Assembly: GCA_002162755.1 (NCBI GenBank)
Contig: MAAS01000016.1
Location: 20,506-84,505 of the forward strand
From: Gammaproteobacteria bacterium 50_400_T64
GTDB taxonomy: Bacteria > Pseudomonadota > Gammaproteobacteria > Pseudomonadales > Porticoccaceae
Length of the DNA stretch: 64,000 nucleotides
Direction of reading: 5' to 3'
Under the pieces are notes generated by a model. That model did not search any database. It worked only from the letters and a program-made list of their open reading frames with translations, and was not told the DNA's origin. The position numbers and the translations under genes were made by a program. Shown in pieces: positions 1 to 13,607 of the stretch. The first letter of the stretch is position 1, and the number at the start of each line of letters is the position of its first letter.

Positions 1-996
1 CAGCATCTTGCCTAAATTGGCACCACTAAATAGTCCTAGAAAGGCCTCTGGTGCATTGGCTATGCCTTCAAGAACAGTTTCTTGCCAGACGATTTTGCCC
101 TCACTACGCCAGCTCGCCATATCGTCGATAAATGCCTGATGGTATTCGGCCATATAATCGAGCACCACAAAGCCTTTAACGGTGACGCCCAAGGTTACGA
201 CTTTAAACATATTGGTGACGCCGTGGCGTTTTTCCGGGGCTTCGTTGTAATCTTCGATAGTGCCGCAGAGAATCGCCCGGCCATTTTTACGCATGCTTAA
301 TAGCGCGCCGTCGAGCTGTGAGCCGCCGACATTGTCAAAAAATAGATGGATGCCTTTGGGGCAAAGTTCGGCGAGTTTGCCCGCAAAATCGTCTGTCTTT
401 TTGTAATTAAAGGCGGCATCAATTTTCGCGGTGTTTAATAGCCAGTCGACTTTTTCATCGGAACCGGCGCTGCCAACCACGGTGCAGCCCAGCGCTTTGG
501 CAATCTGACAAACCAGTGAGCCCACCGCACCGCCAGCGCCGGAGACATAAACGGTCTCGCCCGCTTTCGCTTCGCCGAGTACTTTGGTGCCGACATAGGC
601 CGTAATACCGGGCATACCAAGGATGCCGATATAGTCTTGCGGGGCAATGCTCGAGGTGTCGCGAATACCCAGGCCCTTGCCGTTAGAGATGAAGTACTCG
701 CGCCAGCCATTCATGCTTTCGACGTGGGTGCCGACGGGGAGCTTGGGGTTTTTTGACTGCAGGATAACGCCGATAGCGCCGCCTTCGAGAACATGATTAA
801 TTTGAAACGGGGGGATGTAACTTTTGACATCATTCATGCGCGGACGCATGTAGGGGTCGACAGACATCCACAGGTTTTTGACCAGTACCTGTCCTTCTTC
901 CAACTCTTCGTTTAACGTATTTTCTACCAGCTTGAAACAGTCGAGGTTGGGTTGGGGTGAGGGCCGTTGGGCAAAATGGATTTCTCGATTAATCAT
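1..996 (-). CDS. NADP-dependent oxidoreductase, medium-chain dehydrogenase/reductase family (YncB/CurA-like). The C-terminus is cut by the window edge.
   Basis: Not in the ORF track because no stop lies inside the window. My own translation from ATG 996-994 reads MINREIHFAQRPSPQPNLDCFKLVE...GMPGITAYVGTKVLGEAKAGETVYVSGAGGAVGSLVCQIAKALGCTVVGSAGSDEKV. It stays open in frame to base 1. Rossmann GAGGAVG motif present. Confidence 0.8.
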   Translation of the reverse strand, partial: MINREIHFAQRPSPQPNLDCFKLVENTLNEELEEGQVLVKNLWMSVDPYMRPRMNDVKSYIPPFQINHVLEGGAIGVILQSKNPKLPVGTHVESMNGWREYFISNGKGLGIRDTSSIAPQDYIGILGMPGITAYVGTKVLGEAKAGETVYVSGAGGAVGSLVCQIAKALGCTVVGSAGSDEKVDWLLNTAKIDAAFNYKKTDDFAGKLAELCPKGIHLFFDNVGGSQLDGALLSMRKNGRAILCGTIEDYNEAPEKRHGVTNMFKVVTLGVTVKGFVVLDYMAEYHQAFIDDMASWRSEGKIVWQETVLEGIANAPEAFLGLFSGANLGKML

Positions 997-1077
997 GGCG
1001 GAGTCTCTTGTTAGTGTGATGATTTGGCAGTGGATGGGCCGCCAATGCCGTATTCGATACTTATTAGTGGGTACGGG

Positions 1078-2124
1078 TTATTCGCGTAGAGCCAGGCGCA
1101 AATTACTCGGGTGAATGGGGTTGGCACCGCTCATGCTCAATACCATGCTGGTGAGTTCGTCCCAGGGCAGAGCGTCGCGCATGCCTTTGACGGCGCGGTC
1201 GACACCACCGGCCTGGCGTAGCAGCATCGTCAGCTGGGCTGGGCGGGTGCGGCGCAGGGCTTTGCGTACCAGTGGTTGATGTTTGTCCCACACGCGCAGT
1301 TTGCGCAGGGCGCTGTCGATAGACTCGCCATTGGCTGCTTGCTCGCTGGCTTTAATCAGTATGCGCAATTCTCGCGTTAGTGCCCAAAGAATGGCGGTGG
1401 GCTCGGTGCCCTCATCGCGCAGGCCGCGCAAGGTACGTATGGCGCCGACGCTGTCGCCGTCGAGAATGCGGTCAACCATGGTGAAGACATTGAAGCGGGC
1501 GCTATCGGTGACCACGGAGGACATGGTTTCGCTATCAATTTCGCCTTCGGGGGCAAGCAGTTTTAGCTTCTCGATTTCTTGAATGGCGGCCAGCAGATTA
1601 CCTTCGACCCGCTCGGCGAGCACCTCAATGGCCTGGTGGTTGGCGTGAATGCCAGCCTGATCAAGGCGATGTTTAATCCACTGGGGCATTTGTGCGGCGC
1701 TAACCGGCCAGACCTGCACAATGGCACCGTGAGAATCGAGCGCTTTAAACCACTTGGTATTTTGCGAGGCTTTGTCGACTTTGGGCAGGATGACTAGCAG
1801 TAAGTTGTCAGCATTAATGTTGTTGCAGTAGTCCTGAAAAAACTGGCCACCCTCGCGCCCAGGTTTGCCAGAGGGAATGCGTAACTCAAGTATTTTTTTA
1901 TCGGCAAACAGGGACAGACTATTGGCTTCGGTGAGTACCTGCTGCCAGTCGAAGCGCGCTTCAGCGTTGAATAGCTCGCGCTCGGTAAAGCCCTTGTCAC
2001 GGGCTTGGCCGCGTATGGCGTCGGCCGCTTCCTGAATCAGCAGGGGTTCATCGCCGGTGAGGACGTAAATGGGCTCAAGGCCCTGTTTAAGCTGCCTTGA
2101 AAGTTTATCCGGGTGCAGGCGCAT
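1078..2124 (-). CDS. holA: DNA polymerase III delta subunit
   Basis: 348 aa ORF with an ATG start. N-terminus 'LEPIYVLTGDEPLLIQEAADAIR' is typical of HolA. Conserved leuS-lptE-holA gene order. Confidence 0.9.
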   Translation of the reverse strand: MRLHPDKLSRQLKQGLEPIYVLTGDEPLLIQEAADAIRGQARDKGFTERELFNAEARFDWQQVLTEANSLSLFADKKILELRIPSGKPGREGGQFFQDYCNNINADNLLLVILPKVDKASQNTKWFKALDSHGAIVQVWPVSAAQMPQWIKHRLDQAGIHANHQAIEVLAERVEGNLLAAIQEIEKLKLLAPEGEIDSETMSSVVTDSARFNVFTMVDRILDGDSVGAIRTLRGLRDEGTEPTAILWALTRELRILIKASEQAANGESIDSALRKLRVWDKHQPLVRKALRRTRPAQLTMLLRQAGGVDRAVKGMRDALPWDELTSMVLSMSGANPIHPSNLRLALRE

Positions 2125-2130
2125 GGCGTG

Positions 2131-2658
2131 TTAGGGGGCGCTTTGTGCGGGGGGCTTGCTCGTAGCGCCGCTGTTGAGGTGTCGTAAGCGATTGGCAATT
2201 TGCCGGGCCAGGTCGATGTACATCTCACGCTTTAGCAGTTGCGCTTCATCTTCAGTGGCCAGCACATTGTCTTCGTTGTACTCGTAAATACGCTCGACCG
2301 TGGCTATTGAGCGCTCGATAGTCACGGTGCCATCCGGTTTGTTGACCTGATATTCGACCTGTTCTTCCAGCAGGCGCTCGGAGATGCGGGCACTGGCGCT
2401 AACGGTGGCAGTGCGTCGCTTTGCTGTTTCTTTGATGAGCTTGAGGGTGTACTCAGCATCAGCGGCGCTATCAACCAGTTCGATACCGCTGCTGCGCAAA
2501 TAGCGTTCGAGTGTTTGTGTAAATACACTGTTGGGTGCGCTGGCGCTGAGGTACAGGCGGTCAATGGTGGCAGCGCTACCTGTGCCACGCAGGTGCCAGC
2601 CGCAGGCAGACAGCGTTAGCAATAAGAAAATAGCGCTCAGTTTTAATGACTTATTCAT
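2131..2658 (-). CDS. lptE: LPS-assembly lipoprotein LptE (RlpB)
   Basis: Trimmed from the ORF-track 2131..2859 to the internal ATG at 2658. This gives MNKSLKLSAIFLLLTLSACGWHLRG, a signal peptide with lipobox L-S-A-C. It sits between leuS and holA as in most gammaproteobacteria. Confidence 0.85.
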   Translation of the reverse strand: MNKSLKLSAIFLLLTLSACGWHLRGTGSAATIDRLYLSASAPNSVFTQTLERYLRSSGIELVDSAADAEYTLKLIKETAKRRTATVSASARISERLLEEQVEYQVNKPDGTVTIERSIATVERIYEYNEDNVLATEDEAQLLKREMYIDLARQIANRLRHLNSGATSKPPAQSAP

Positions 2659-2695
2659 AAAGGTGAATGATCCCGTATTCAGTGATCGATAATGA

Positions 2696-6379
<3,684 letters not shown>

Positions 6380-6425
6380 TGGGTGTTTGAGGGGTGTTTC
6401 TTGAGCCGGGCTACTTGAACCGAGC

Positions 6426-7916
6426 TTAGCGAAAGCGCCGAAACAGGCGCAGCATGATAAGAATGGCAAAGCTGAGACCGACAATAGGTAGCGAGCCATA
6501 GCGACTGAAAGGGCTTGAGCCGCTGAAAGGTGTTACCTCAGCTTTGAGTATGCCCGCTTCAAAGCGGGGCAGTTGTTCGCGTATCTTGCCTCGCTGATCG
6601 ATAACGGCAGTAATGCCGTCGTTAGTCGCACGTAACAATGGTTTGGCATTTTCCAGGGCGCGCATACGGGCCATCTGCAAATGCTGGTGGGGGCCTATAG
6701 AGTTTCCAAACCAGGTGTCATTACTGACGGTCAGTAAGATATTGGCATCGCGAGAATCTTTGGCCAGTAGGTCGGGGTAGGCTATTTCATAACAAATGGC
6801 GGGCGCAATTTGCAAGGAGCCAACCTGGATTGGCTCCTGCCGGGCAGCGCCTGCGCTAAAGGCCGACATCGGTAAATCAAAAAAGGCGATGGTGCCACGC
6901 AGCCATTGCTCCAGTGGTACATATTCGCCAAAGGGAACAAGTCTGCGTTTGTAATAGGTGCCGCTCGCTCTGCCCAGGCCGACCACCGAATTGTAGTAAC
7001 GGTTGGCACTGGTATTGATGGGAATGCCAGTGATGAGCGCGACATGCTGCTCTTTTAGGTTGATATGGATGTCGTCAAGAAAACCTTCGATGTTACTTTT
7101 TAAGGTAGGTATGGCGGATTCTGGCCAGACAATCAGATCTTGGTCGAGTAGGGTTTCATTGGTTTGTTGGAAGTTAACCAGAATTTTTTTGAGTTCATCA
7201 TCCTTCCATTTTTCCAGTAATGGCAGGTCGGGTTGCACCAGGGCGACATTGATGGGTTTGCCAGAGGGGCTAGACCAGTTGGTGGTGCGAAGATAGGCTC
7301 CGCCTGCGCAAATGAAGAGTACGGCGATTAGCCCGCCGCCGATGACTTGCCGGCTCTGGCTGTATTCGATGAGCAGGGCGCAAAGTGCGCCACAAAATAC
7401 GATAAATCCACTCAGTGCCATAACCCCAAAAAGCGGTGCCCAGCCGGCAATCCAGGTGTCGATAAAGCCATAGCCGATGTTGAGCCAGGGGAAGCCGGTA
7501 AGAAACCAGCTTCTCATCCATTCGCCCAGCACCCAAAGAGCGGGAAAAGCCAGGGTCGCGGCAATCGGTGGTGCGTTGCGAAACAGGCCGAATAGCGATA
7601 GCGGCAGGGCAAAAATAATGGCCATACCAAAGGTGAAGAGCGCGGTGAGCTGGCCAGCAAGTTCGATAGAGGCGTTACCGTAGTCGTGAATGCTGACATA
7701 AACCCAGCTGGTTCCGACGCCGTATAGGCCAAGGCCAAACACCAGGGCCAGGGAAAAGACCGCTCGTATGCTTTGGCCACGACATAGAAAACTGAGTATG
7801 AAGGTGCTGAATATAGCCGTAGGCCACCATGAAAACGGGGCTAGTGCCAAGGGTAGCAACCCACCGCTAATTAGGGCTAATAAAAAGGAGGATATGTTAG
7901 GTTTCTGTTCGGGCAT
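6426..7916 (-). CDS. lnt: Apolipoprotein N-acyltransferase
   Basis: 496 aa with a multi-TM N-terminal half and a C-N hydrolase domain ('VWPESAIP', 'ICYEIAYPD'). Conserved lnt-corC-ybeY-phoH-miaB order. Confidence 0.93.
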   Translation of the reverse strand: MPEQKPNISSFLLALISGGLLPLALAPFSWWPTAIFSTFILSFLCRGQSIRAVFSLALVFGLGLYGVGTSWVYVSIHDYGNASIELAGQLTALFTFGMAIIFALPLSLFGLFRNAPPIAATLAFPALWVLGEWMRSWFLTGFPWLNIGYGFIDTWIAGWAPLFGVMALSGFIVFCGALCALLIEYSQSRQVIGGGLIAVLFICAGGAYLRTTNWSSPSGKPINVALVQPDLPLLEKWKDDELKKILVNFQQTNETLLDQDLIVWPESAIPTLKSNIEGFLDDIHINLKEQHVALITGIPINTSANRYYNSVVGLGRASGTYYKRRLVPFGEYVPLEQWLRGTIAFFDLPMSAFSAGAARQEPIQVGSLQIAPAICYEIAYPDLLAKDSRDANILLTVSNDTWFGNSIGPHQHLQMARMRALENAKPLLRATNDGITAVIDQRGKIREQLPRFEAGILKAEVTPFSGSSPFSRYGSLPIVGLSFAILIMLRLFRRFR

Positions 7917-7945
7917 GGCTGAAAGTCTTGGTTTGTCCGGTTTTA

Positions 7946-8800
7946 TTATTGGTTTTTCTGGGGGGGTAGATCATCATACTTTAATGCCAAGTGATGGATT
8001 TGTCGCTCATCGCCGGCAATGACAGTGAAGTTGTAGGCGTTCAGTGACACTTCTTCCCCGACTTTGGGTAGATGACCGAAGGCCTGCGTGACCAGTCCAC
8101 CAATGGTATCGAACTCATCTTCATTAAAGCCGGTATTAAAAAACGCGTTGAAGTCTTCAATGGTGGTCAGGGCGGGGAGCCGATGGCTGCCGTCGTTCTG
8201 GCGCTGAATGGGGTTCTGTTCTTCGAGGTCGGTTTCGTCTTCGATCTCGCCGACAATTTCTTCCAGAATATCTTCAATAGTGACCAGGCCGGCAACGCTG
8301 GCGTATTCATCCATGACGATGGCCATGTGATAGCGCTGTTCGCGAAATTCTTTAAGGAGCACATTGAGCCGCTTGCTCTCGGGGATGATGTTGGCCGGGC
8401 GGATAACATCGGCAATGGCAAAGTTCTCTTTGCCTTCAAGTAATAGCGGCAACAACTCTTTGGCGAGCAAAATACCTTTAATATCGTCAATGGACTCGCC
8501 AATGACCGGGAAGCGCGAGTGCTTGGACTCGGTTACCAGTGCCAGTATTTCTTCTATTTCAGCCGTTTCGGGGATCACCGTCATGCGTGAGCGCGGCACC
8601 ATGATTTCTCGCACCTGCTGGTCGGCAACACTCAGTGCGCCTTCCATGATTTCCAGTGCCTCGCTGTCAATGACCTTGTCGTCATAGGCGCTGCGTAGAA
8701 TTTCAGTGATGTCATCACGGGTGGCGGGTGTCGATGAAAAAATGCGGGCAAGTCGTCCCATCAAAGAGCGGGCCTGCCCGTTGGTACTGTCTTCGGTCAT
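7946..8800 (-). CDS. corC: CBS-pair magnesium/cobalt efflux protein CorC (YbeX)
   Basis: Start trimmed to ATG 8800, which forms an ATGA overlap with the ybeY stop. CBS pair plus CorC_HlyC C-terminal domain ('GLVTIEDILEEIVGEIEDE'). Confidence 0.9.
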   Translation of the reverse strand: MTEDSTNGQARSLMGRLARIFSSTPATRDDITEILRSAYDDKVIDSEALEIMEGALSVADQQVREIMVPRSRMTVIPETAEIEEILALVTESKHSRFPVIGESIDDIKGILLAKELLPLLLEGKENFAIADVIRPANIIPESKRLNVLLKEFREQRYHMAIVMDEYASVAGLVTIEDILEEIVGEIEDETDLEEQNPIQRQNDGSHRLPALTTIEDFNAFFNTGFNEDEFDTIGGLVTQAFGHLPKVGEEVSLNAYNFTVIAGDERQIHHLALKYDDLPPQKNQ

Positions 8801-9285
8801 GGTAGTCGAGTCTCTTCTCTTAATGAGGGGCTGGATAAATAAGGTGGGGGGAAATTGAGGCCACATAAAAGGGTTGTTTCCAGGGCTTCCATCGCCTCGG
8901 CTTCATCTTCCTTTATGTGGTCATGGCCGAGCAAATGCAAGGTGCCGTGCACCAGCATATGCGCCCAGTGGGCCTCAAATGTTTTGTGTTGCTCAGTGGC
9001 TTCACTGCGCACGATGGCGGCGCAAATGACGATATCACCCAGTAGCGTTGATTCGACAAAGTCGGGAATATCCGCTGGAAAAGAGAGCACGTTGGTTGGC
9101 CCTTTTTTGCCGCGATAGTGCAAATTTAGTTCGGCACTCTCTGCGGCGCTGACAATGCGCACGCTAATTTCAGCCTCGGGCTTTTGATCGCCCAGTGCGG
9201 TGCAAATCCAGTGGCGTATCGACGGAGGTTCGGGTGCCTCTTCACCGCTGACATTGTCGACGTCGATAATGGTGTTTAGGTGCAT
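8797..9285 (-). CDS. ybeY: rRNA maturation endoribonuclease YbeY
   Basis: 162 aa with the zinc motif 'HGTLHLLGHDH'. Its start overlaps the phoH stop as TAATG. Confidence 0.95.
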   Translation of the reverse strand: MHLNTIIDVDNVSGEEAPEPPSIRHWICTALGDQKPEAEISVRIVSAAESAELNLHYRGKKGPTNVLSFPADIPDFVESTLLGDIVICAAIVRSEATEQHKTFEAHWAHMLVHGTLHLLGHDHIKEDEAEAMEALETTLLCGLNFPPPYLSSPSLREETRLP

Positions 9286-10361
9286 TAATCGTCGTCCGTG
9301 GTTTTACTTTCGTAAACGTCGTAGGCATCGACGATTTTTTGTACCAGAGGGTGACGCACCACATCTTTCGATTGAAAGTGGGTAAAGGTAATGCCCTCAA
9401 CCCCGTCGAGCACCTGACAGGCGTGAACCAGGCCGGAGCGCGTGCCCCGTGGTAAATCGATTTGTGTAGCGTCGCCGGTAATAACCGCAGTGGCACCAAA
9501 GCCGATGCGCGTGAGGAACATTTTCATCTGCTCGCGGGTGGTGTTCTGGCTTTCGTCGAGAATAATAAAGGCGCTATTGAGGGTGCGGCCGCGCATGTAG
9601 GCGAGGGGCGCGACTTCGATAACGCTCTTTTCAATCAGCTTGTCGACCTTTTCAACGCCGAGCATTTCGTACAGCGCATCGTAGAGGGGGCGCAGATAGG
9701 GGTCGACTTTCTGGGATAAATCACCGGGCAGGAAGCCAAGTTTTTCCCCCGCTTCAACGGCAGGGCGCACCAGTAGAATGCGTTCCACTTCATTGCGCAA
9801 ATAGGCTTCCACCGCACAGGCGACGGCAAGGTAGGTTTTGCCAGTGCCCGCCGGGCCGACACCAAAGTTGATGTCGTGGGTTTGTATGGCGCGCACATAG
9901 TTTTGCTGGTTAATCCCCCGGGGGATGATCTTGCCTTTTTTGGTCTGAATCTCGCTGAAATTTTTAATATTGCTGGCAGCCGGATGCTCGGTGCTCTCTT
10001 CCATTGTGGTTTCCAAGTTCGATTGTTGCAGGTAAAGGTGCACCACTTCCGGCGTCAGGTTTTGCTGGTCGCGAGTTTCCCCATAGAGTTCGTGGAGCAG
10101 AGAGACCGCAAGTTGCGCGTGCTGGGGGTCGCCGTAAATAGCGAAGACATTGCCTCGATTGCGAATCTCGACATCGAGACGGCGTTCTATTTGGTGCAGG
10201 TGCTCATCAAGCTGGCCGCAAAGGTTGGCCAGACGGCGGGGATCGTTGGGCTCGAGAGTGATGGTGTCAGCGGCGGGTAGGGTATTCAAAGGGTGCGATT
10301 GAGCGCCTGTCTTGTCTATGGTTGTGGGGTATGGTTTAGGGTGCGGTTTGGGGCTAAGCAT
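9285..10361 (-). CDS. phoH: PhoH-like ATPase (YbeZ)
   Basis: 358 aa with Walker A 'GPAGTGKT' and the PhoH signature 'ITGDATQIDLP'. Confidence 0.93.
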   Translation of the reverse strand: MLSPKPHPKPYPTTIDKTGAQSHPLNTLPAADTITLEPNDPRRLANLCGQLDEHLHQIERRLDVEIRNRGNVFAIYGDPQHAQLAVSLLHELYGETRDQQNLTPEVVHLYLQQSNLETTMEESTEHPAASNIKNFSEIQTKKGKIIPRGINQQNYVRAIQTHDINFGVGPAGTGKTYLAVACAVEAYLRNEVERILLVRPAVEAGEKLGFLPGDLSQKVDPYLRPLYDALYEMLGVEKVDKLIEKSVIEVAPLAYMRGRTLNSAFIILDESQNTTREQMKMFLTRIGFGATAVITGDATQIDLPRGTRSGLVHACQVLDGVEGITFTHFQSKDVVRHPLVQKIVDAYDVYESKTTDDD

Positions 10362-10481
10362 AGCGATTTTATCGGGCGATGAAAACCGCCCTTCGGGAGA
10401 ATGTATAGACCGATAGTGTTGCGGGCCTCGGTTCGCTTAGCTGATGTTGTTATGTTTGACCGGCCTCTTTACGGCCGCTTT

Positions 10482-11825
10482 CTAATCAATGAGCGCGCCG
10501 CGCAGTGAGTTGGGCAGGGCTTCGGTAATTTCCACATCGACAAACTGGCCGATCTGTTGTTGGTCGCTGCAGGTGAAGTTGACCACGCGATTATTCTCAG
10601 TGCGACCCTGAAGTTGCCCGGGATCTTTGCGGGAAATACCCGATACTAATACGCGCTGCGTGGTGCCGACCATACGTCGACTAATCGCCATAGCTTGCTG
10701 AATAATACGGTCCTGCAGTATTTTCAGGCGCTGCTTTTTAGTTTCTTCGGGGGTGGTATCGGCAAAATCAGCCGCCGGTGTGCCGGGGCGGGCGCTGTAC
10801 ACAAAGCTGAAAGAATGGTCGAAACCGATACCTTCGATGAGTTTCATGGTGTCGGCAAAGTCGGTCTCCGTCTCGCCGGGGAAGCCGATAATAAAGTCGG
10901 ACGACAGGCTGATATCGGGGCGTATTGCGCGAATTTTACGGATGATCGACTTATATTCCAGCCAGGTGTGGCCGCGCTTCATGGCGCTGAGAATACGATC
11001 AGAGCCACTTTGTACGGGCAGATGCAGATGGTTAACCAGCTCGGGCACCTCGGCGTACACGTCGATTAAAGACTGAGAAAACTCCATCGGGTGGGAGGTG
11101 GTAAAGCGAATGCGGTCAATGCCATCGATTTGCGCCACATAGGTGATCAGCTCGGCGAGATCGCAGAGACTGTCGCGACCGGGCATTTCACCGCGAAAGG
11201 CATTCACATTTTGGCCCAGCAGGTTGACCTCCCGCACGCCCTGGCTGGCCAGATGGGCAACTTCGGCAAGAATATCGGCGCTGGGGCGACTCACTTCTTC
11301 GCCGCGAGTGTAGGGCACAACACAGAAGCTGCAGTACTTTGAGCAGCCTTCCATAATTGACACGTAGGCCGATACGCCATCGGCTTCGGGCAGGGGCAGT
11401 TGGTCGAACTTTTCAATTTCGGGGAAGCTGACATCGATAACTGCACTGTTGCCCTGCTGGCGCTGTTGCATCATGTCGGGCAGGCGGTGCAGGGTTTGTG
11501 GCCCAAAAATCAGATCGACGTGGGGGGCGCGGCGGGCAATGGTGTCGCCCTCCTGGCTGGCGACACAGCCGCCGACACCAATAATGAGGTCGGGGTTGGC
11601 CTCTTTGAGTTTCTTCCAGCGGCCCAGTTGGTGGAACACCTTGTCCTCCGCCTTTTCGCGAATGGAACAGGTGTTGAGCAGCAGTACATCGGCCTCTTTG
11701 GGGTCGTCTGTTTGTACCATCTGGTGGCTCTCGCCGAGCAGGTCGCCCATGCGTGCTGAATCGTACTCATTCATTTGGCAGCCGTGAGTCACGATGTGAA
11801 GTTTTTTGATCGGGGTATCTGCCAT
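10482..11825 (-). CDS. miaB: tRNA-2-methylthio-N6-dimethylallyladenosine synthase
   Basis: 447 aa. N-terminal '[14 protein letters not shown]', radical-SAM 'CSKYCSFC', and a C-terminal TRAM domain. Confidence 0.96.
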   Translation of the reverse strand: MADTPIKKLHIVTHGCQMNEYDSARMGDLLGESHQMVQTDDPKEADVLLLNTCSIREKAEDKVFHQLGRWKKLKEANPDLIIGVGGCVASQEGDTIARRAPHVDLIFGPQTLHRLPDMMQQRQQGNSAVIDVSFPEIEKFDQLPLPEADGVSAYVSIMEGCSKYCSFCVVPYTRGEEVSRPSADILAEVAHLASQGVREVNLLGQNVNAFRGEMPGRDSLCDLAELITYVAQIDGIDRIRFTTSHPMEFSQSLIDVYAEVPELVNHLHLPVQSGSDRILSAMKRGHTWLEYKSIIRKIRAIRPDISLSSDFIIGFPGETETDFADTMKLIEGIGFDHSFSFVYSARPGTPAADFADTTPEETKKQRLKILQDRIIQQAMAISRRMVGTTQRVLVSGISRKDPGQLQGRTENNRVVNFTCSDQQQIGQFVDVEITEALPNSLRGALID

Positions 11826-11926
11826 GGGGGCTCGGGCGTGGTTGGCAAGGGCGGGCGATTATAGGCCTTCTTCGGTGCGTAGCCTAGGCGGGCTCCTGAT
11901 AATCAAAGGAAAGGTAATACCCTATG

Positions 11927-11935
11927 TGCTAAAAT
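11927..11935 (+). promoter_or_regulatory. Candidate extended -10 sigma-70 promoter for the DUF1820 gene
   Basis: The sequence TGcTAAAAT (an extended -10, TGnTAtAAT-like) lies 44 nt upstream of ATG 11979. Confidence 0.35.
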
Positions 11936-11978
11936 CTCGCGCCTTTTCTACTCTCTCATTCGCTAAGCTGTAAATATT

Positions 11979-12317
11979 ATGTCCAAAGATCCAATCTATA
12001 AAGTCATATTCTTTAATCAGGGACAGGTCTTTGAGCTGTACGTGCGCTCTGTCTATCAGAGTGACTTGATGGGTTTTCTGGAAGTTGAAGAGTTTGTGTT
12101 TGATGAGCGCTCGAAAATGATTGTCGATCCGGGCGAAGAAAAGCTAAAAAATGAATTTGCCAGCGTCAAGCGCAGTTATATTCCTTTGCACTCAGTGGTT
12201 CGTATCGACGAAGTTGATAAAGAAGGGGCCTGTAAAGTTACGGACTTTAAAGGCGGTAATGTGACGCCGCTGAGTTTTCCGACTATGTCTCCCCCTGGCC
12301 CGAAAAAAACAGATTAA
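11979..12317 (+). CDS. DUF1820-family conserved hypothetical protein
   Basis: 112 aa: 'MSKDPIYKVIFFNQGQVFELYVRSVYQSDLMGFLEVEEFVF...YIPLHSVVRIDEV'. The family assignment is from memory. Confidence 0.6.
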   Translation: MSKDPIYKVIFFNQGQVFELYVRSVYQSDLMGFLEVEEFVFDERSKMIVDPGEEKLKNEFASVKRSYIPLHSVVRIDEVDKEGACKVTDFKGGNVTPLSFPTMSPPGPKKTD

Positions 12318-12339
12318 TAATCAGGGACTTAATTGGCGG

Positions 12340-13368
12340 CTAGTCGCGGCTGATCCATAAACCGGTAAGGCCAAGTTGAACTTGCAAGCCCTGGGCTTGT
12401 TGTTCAGCCTTTTCTCTCGTTGTAAAACCATTGGCCCTAATTCGATAAAAAGTTTTGCCATTGACGACAATGGGCTGAATAGATGTTTTCGCCTCTATTT
12501 TATGGACTTTTTCAAAGGCGCTGTTGGCGGTTTTAGCATCTGAAAAACTCGCGATATTGATAAACCAGCTTTCCGTTGCACTATTGTCCGCGGCGGCGGT
12601 GTTGTTTGTCGCGGCGACAGGGGCTTTGTCACTCTTGGTTTCAGCGGGTGCGTTGGTGTCAGGCTGGCGGGTGGCAGTTTGAGCTGTCTGCGTATGACTT
12701 GGCTCGTTACGGAAGCTCGTTTTATTAATCTTACTGTTGAAGTCGGCGATTTCTGTTTCTAGCGTTGTTAGGCGTGAGCCGGCCTGCTCTGTGTCTGTTG
12801 CAAGCTCGGTTTGAAGAGCGCTGATTGTGTCGCTGAGTTTTCTCTGGGCTTGTTTGAGTGCGAGGAATTCCTGCTCAGTTTTGGCGAAGTTATCGTTGTC
12901 CTTCAGCAGGTTGGTGGCTGGGAGGGGCGCTGTTTGCGCTTCAATTAGCTCAAGGCGCTGGCTTAACTTGTCGACTTTCTGCTGAGTGTCCCATGCGTAA
13001 TTACCGCTAAACAGCGCCAGGGTTAATGTGATGCTGGCAATTATCCAAGGTGTTATTTGGGTTGAGCTAGAAGGTGGCGTGGTGCGCTGGGCTGCGGGCG
13101 GAGGGGAGGCCCTAAGTGTTGTTCTATCCTTGTCTGCTGGCTCGCTGGGTCGGTATTGGGCTCTAGCAGGGGAGGGCGCTGTCAGCTTTGGCTCGCCAGG
13201 GCGCGGGGCGTGGCTGCTGTTATCCTCGGCGGCTTCGCTGCTCAATGGTGGCGCCTTCGTTTTCAAGGTTTGTATTCGTGCCAGAGAAGGGCTTAAGTTT
13301 CTATTGACCTTGTTTTCCATAGCAGTTTGGGCGCTGGCATTTTGCTGTAGATGTATGGGCTTATTCAT
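12340..13368 (-). CDS. SPOR-domain peptidoglycan-binding membrane protein
   Basis: 342 aa. Pro-rich N-terminus, one TM helix ('WIIASITLTLALFSGNYAW'), a coiled coil, and a C-terminal SPOR-like fold ('WFINIASFSDAKTANSAFEKV...YRIRANGFTTREKAEQQAQGLQ'). Confidence 0.7.
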   Translation of the reverse strand: MNKPIHLQQNASAQTAMENKVNRNLSPSLARIQTLKTKAPPLSSEAAEDNSSHAPRPGEPKLTAPSPARAQYRPSEPADKDRTTLRASPPPAAQRTTPPSSSTQITPWIIASITLTLALFSGNYAWDTQQKVDKLSQRLELIEAQTAPLPATNLLKDNDNFAKTEQEFLALKQAQRKLSDTISALQTELATDTEQAGSRLTTLETEIADFNSKINKTSFRNEPSHTQTAQTATRQPDTNAPAETKSDKAPVAATNNTAAADNSATESWFINIASFSDAKTANSAFEKVHKIEAKTSIQPIVVNGKTFYRIRANGFTTREKAEQQAQGLQVQLGLTGLWISRD

Positions 13369-13516
13369 GGCAAGAGGGCTAATACTTGATTTAGTAGGTA
13401 TGTACCCTTAAGTGAATGCAGTAATTGTGCCGTTGGATTTTTTCTCTAAAAACCGGGTACTTACGCATATATTTTTTGTTAAACTGGACGAATGGTAGGC
13501 TCTTACCCTGAAGGGT

Positions 13517-13530
13517 GTCGTTTTTTTGAC
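13517..13530. promoter_or_regulatory. FleQ-box-like element GTCG-N6-TGAC upstream of the diguanylate cyclase gene
   Basis: GTCGttttttTGAC(GC) lies 78-91 nt upstream of ATG 13608. It has the same architecture as the boxes at fleS and fliL. It resembles the remembered P. aeruginosa FleQ consensus GTCaNTAAAtTGAC. Confidence 0.4.
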
Positions 13531-13607
13531 GCTTAATGCCAGCGGCGTGGCGCTTAGGGTTATTGTTTTTCTGTATTAGTTAACTTGGAGTTGGCGAGAA
13601 CAAACAA

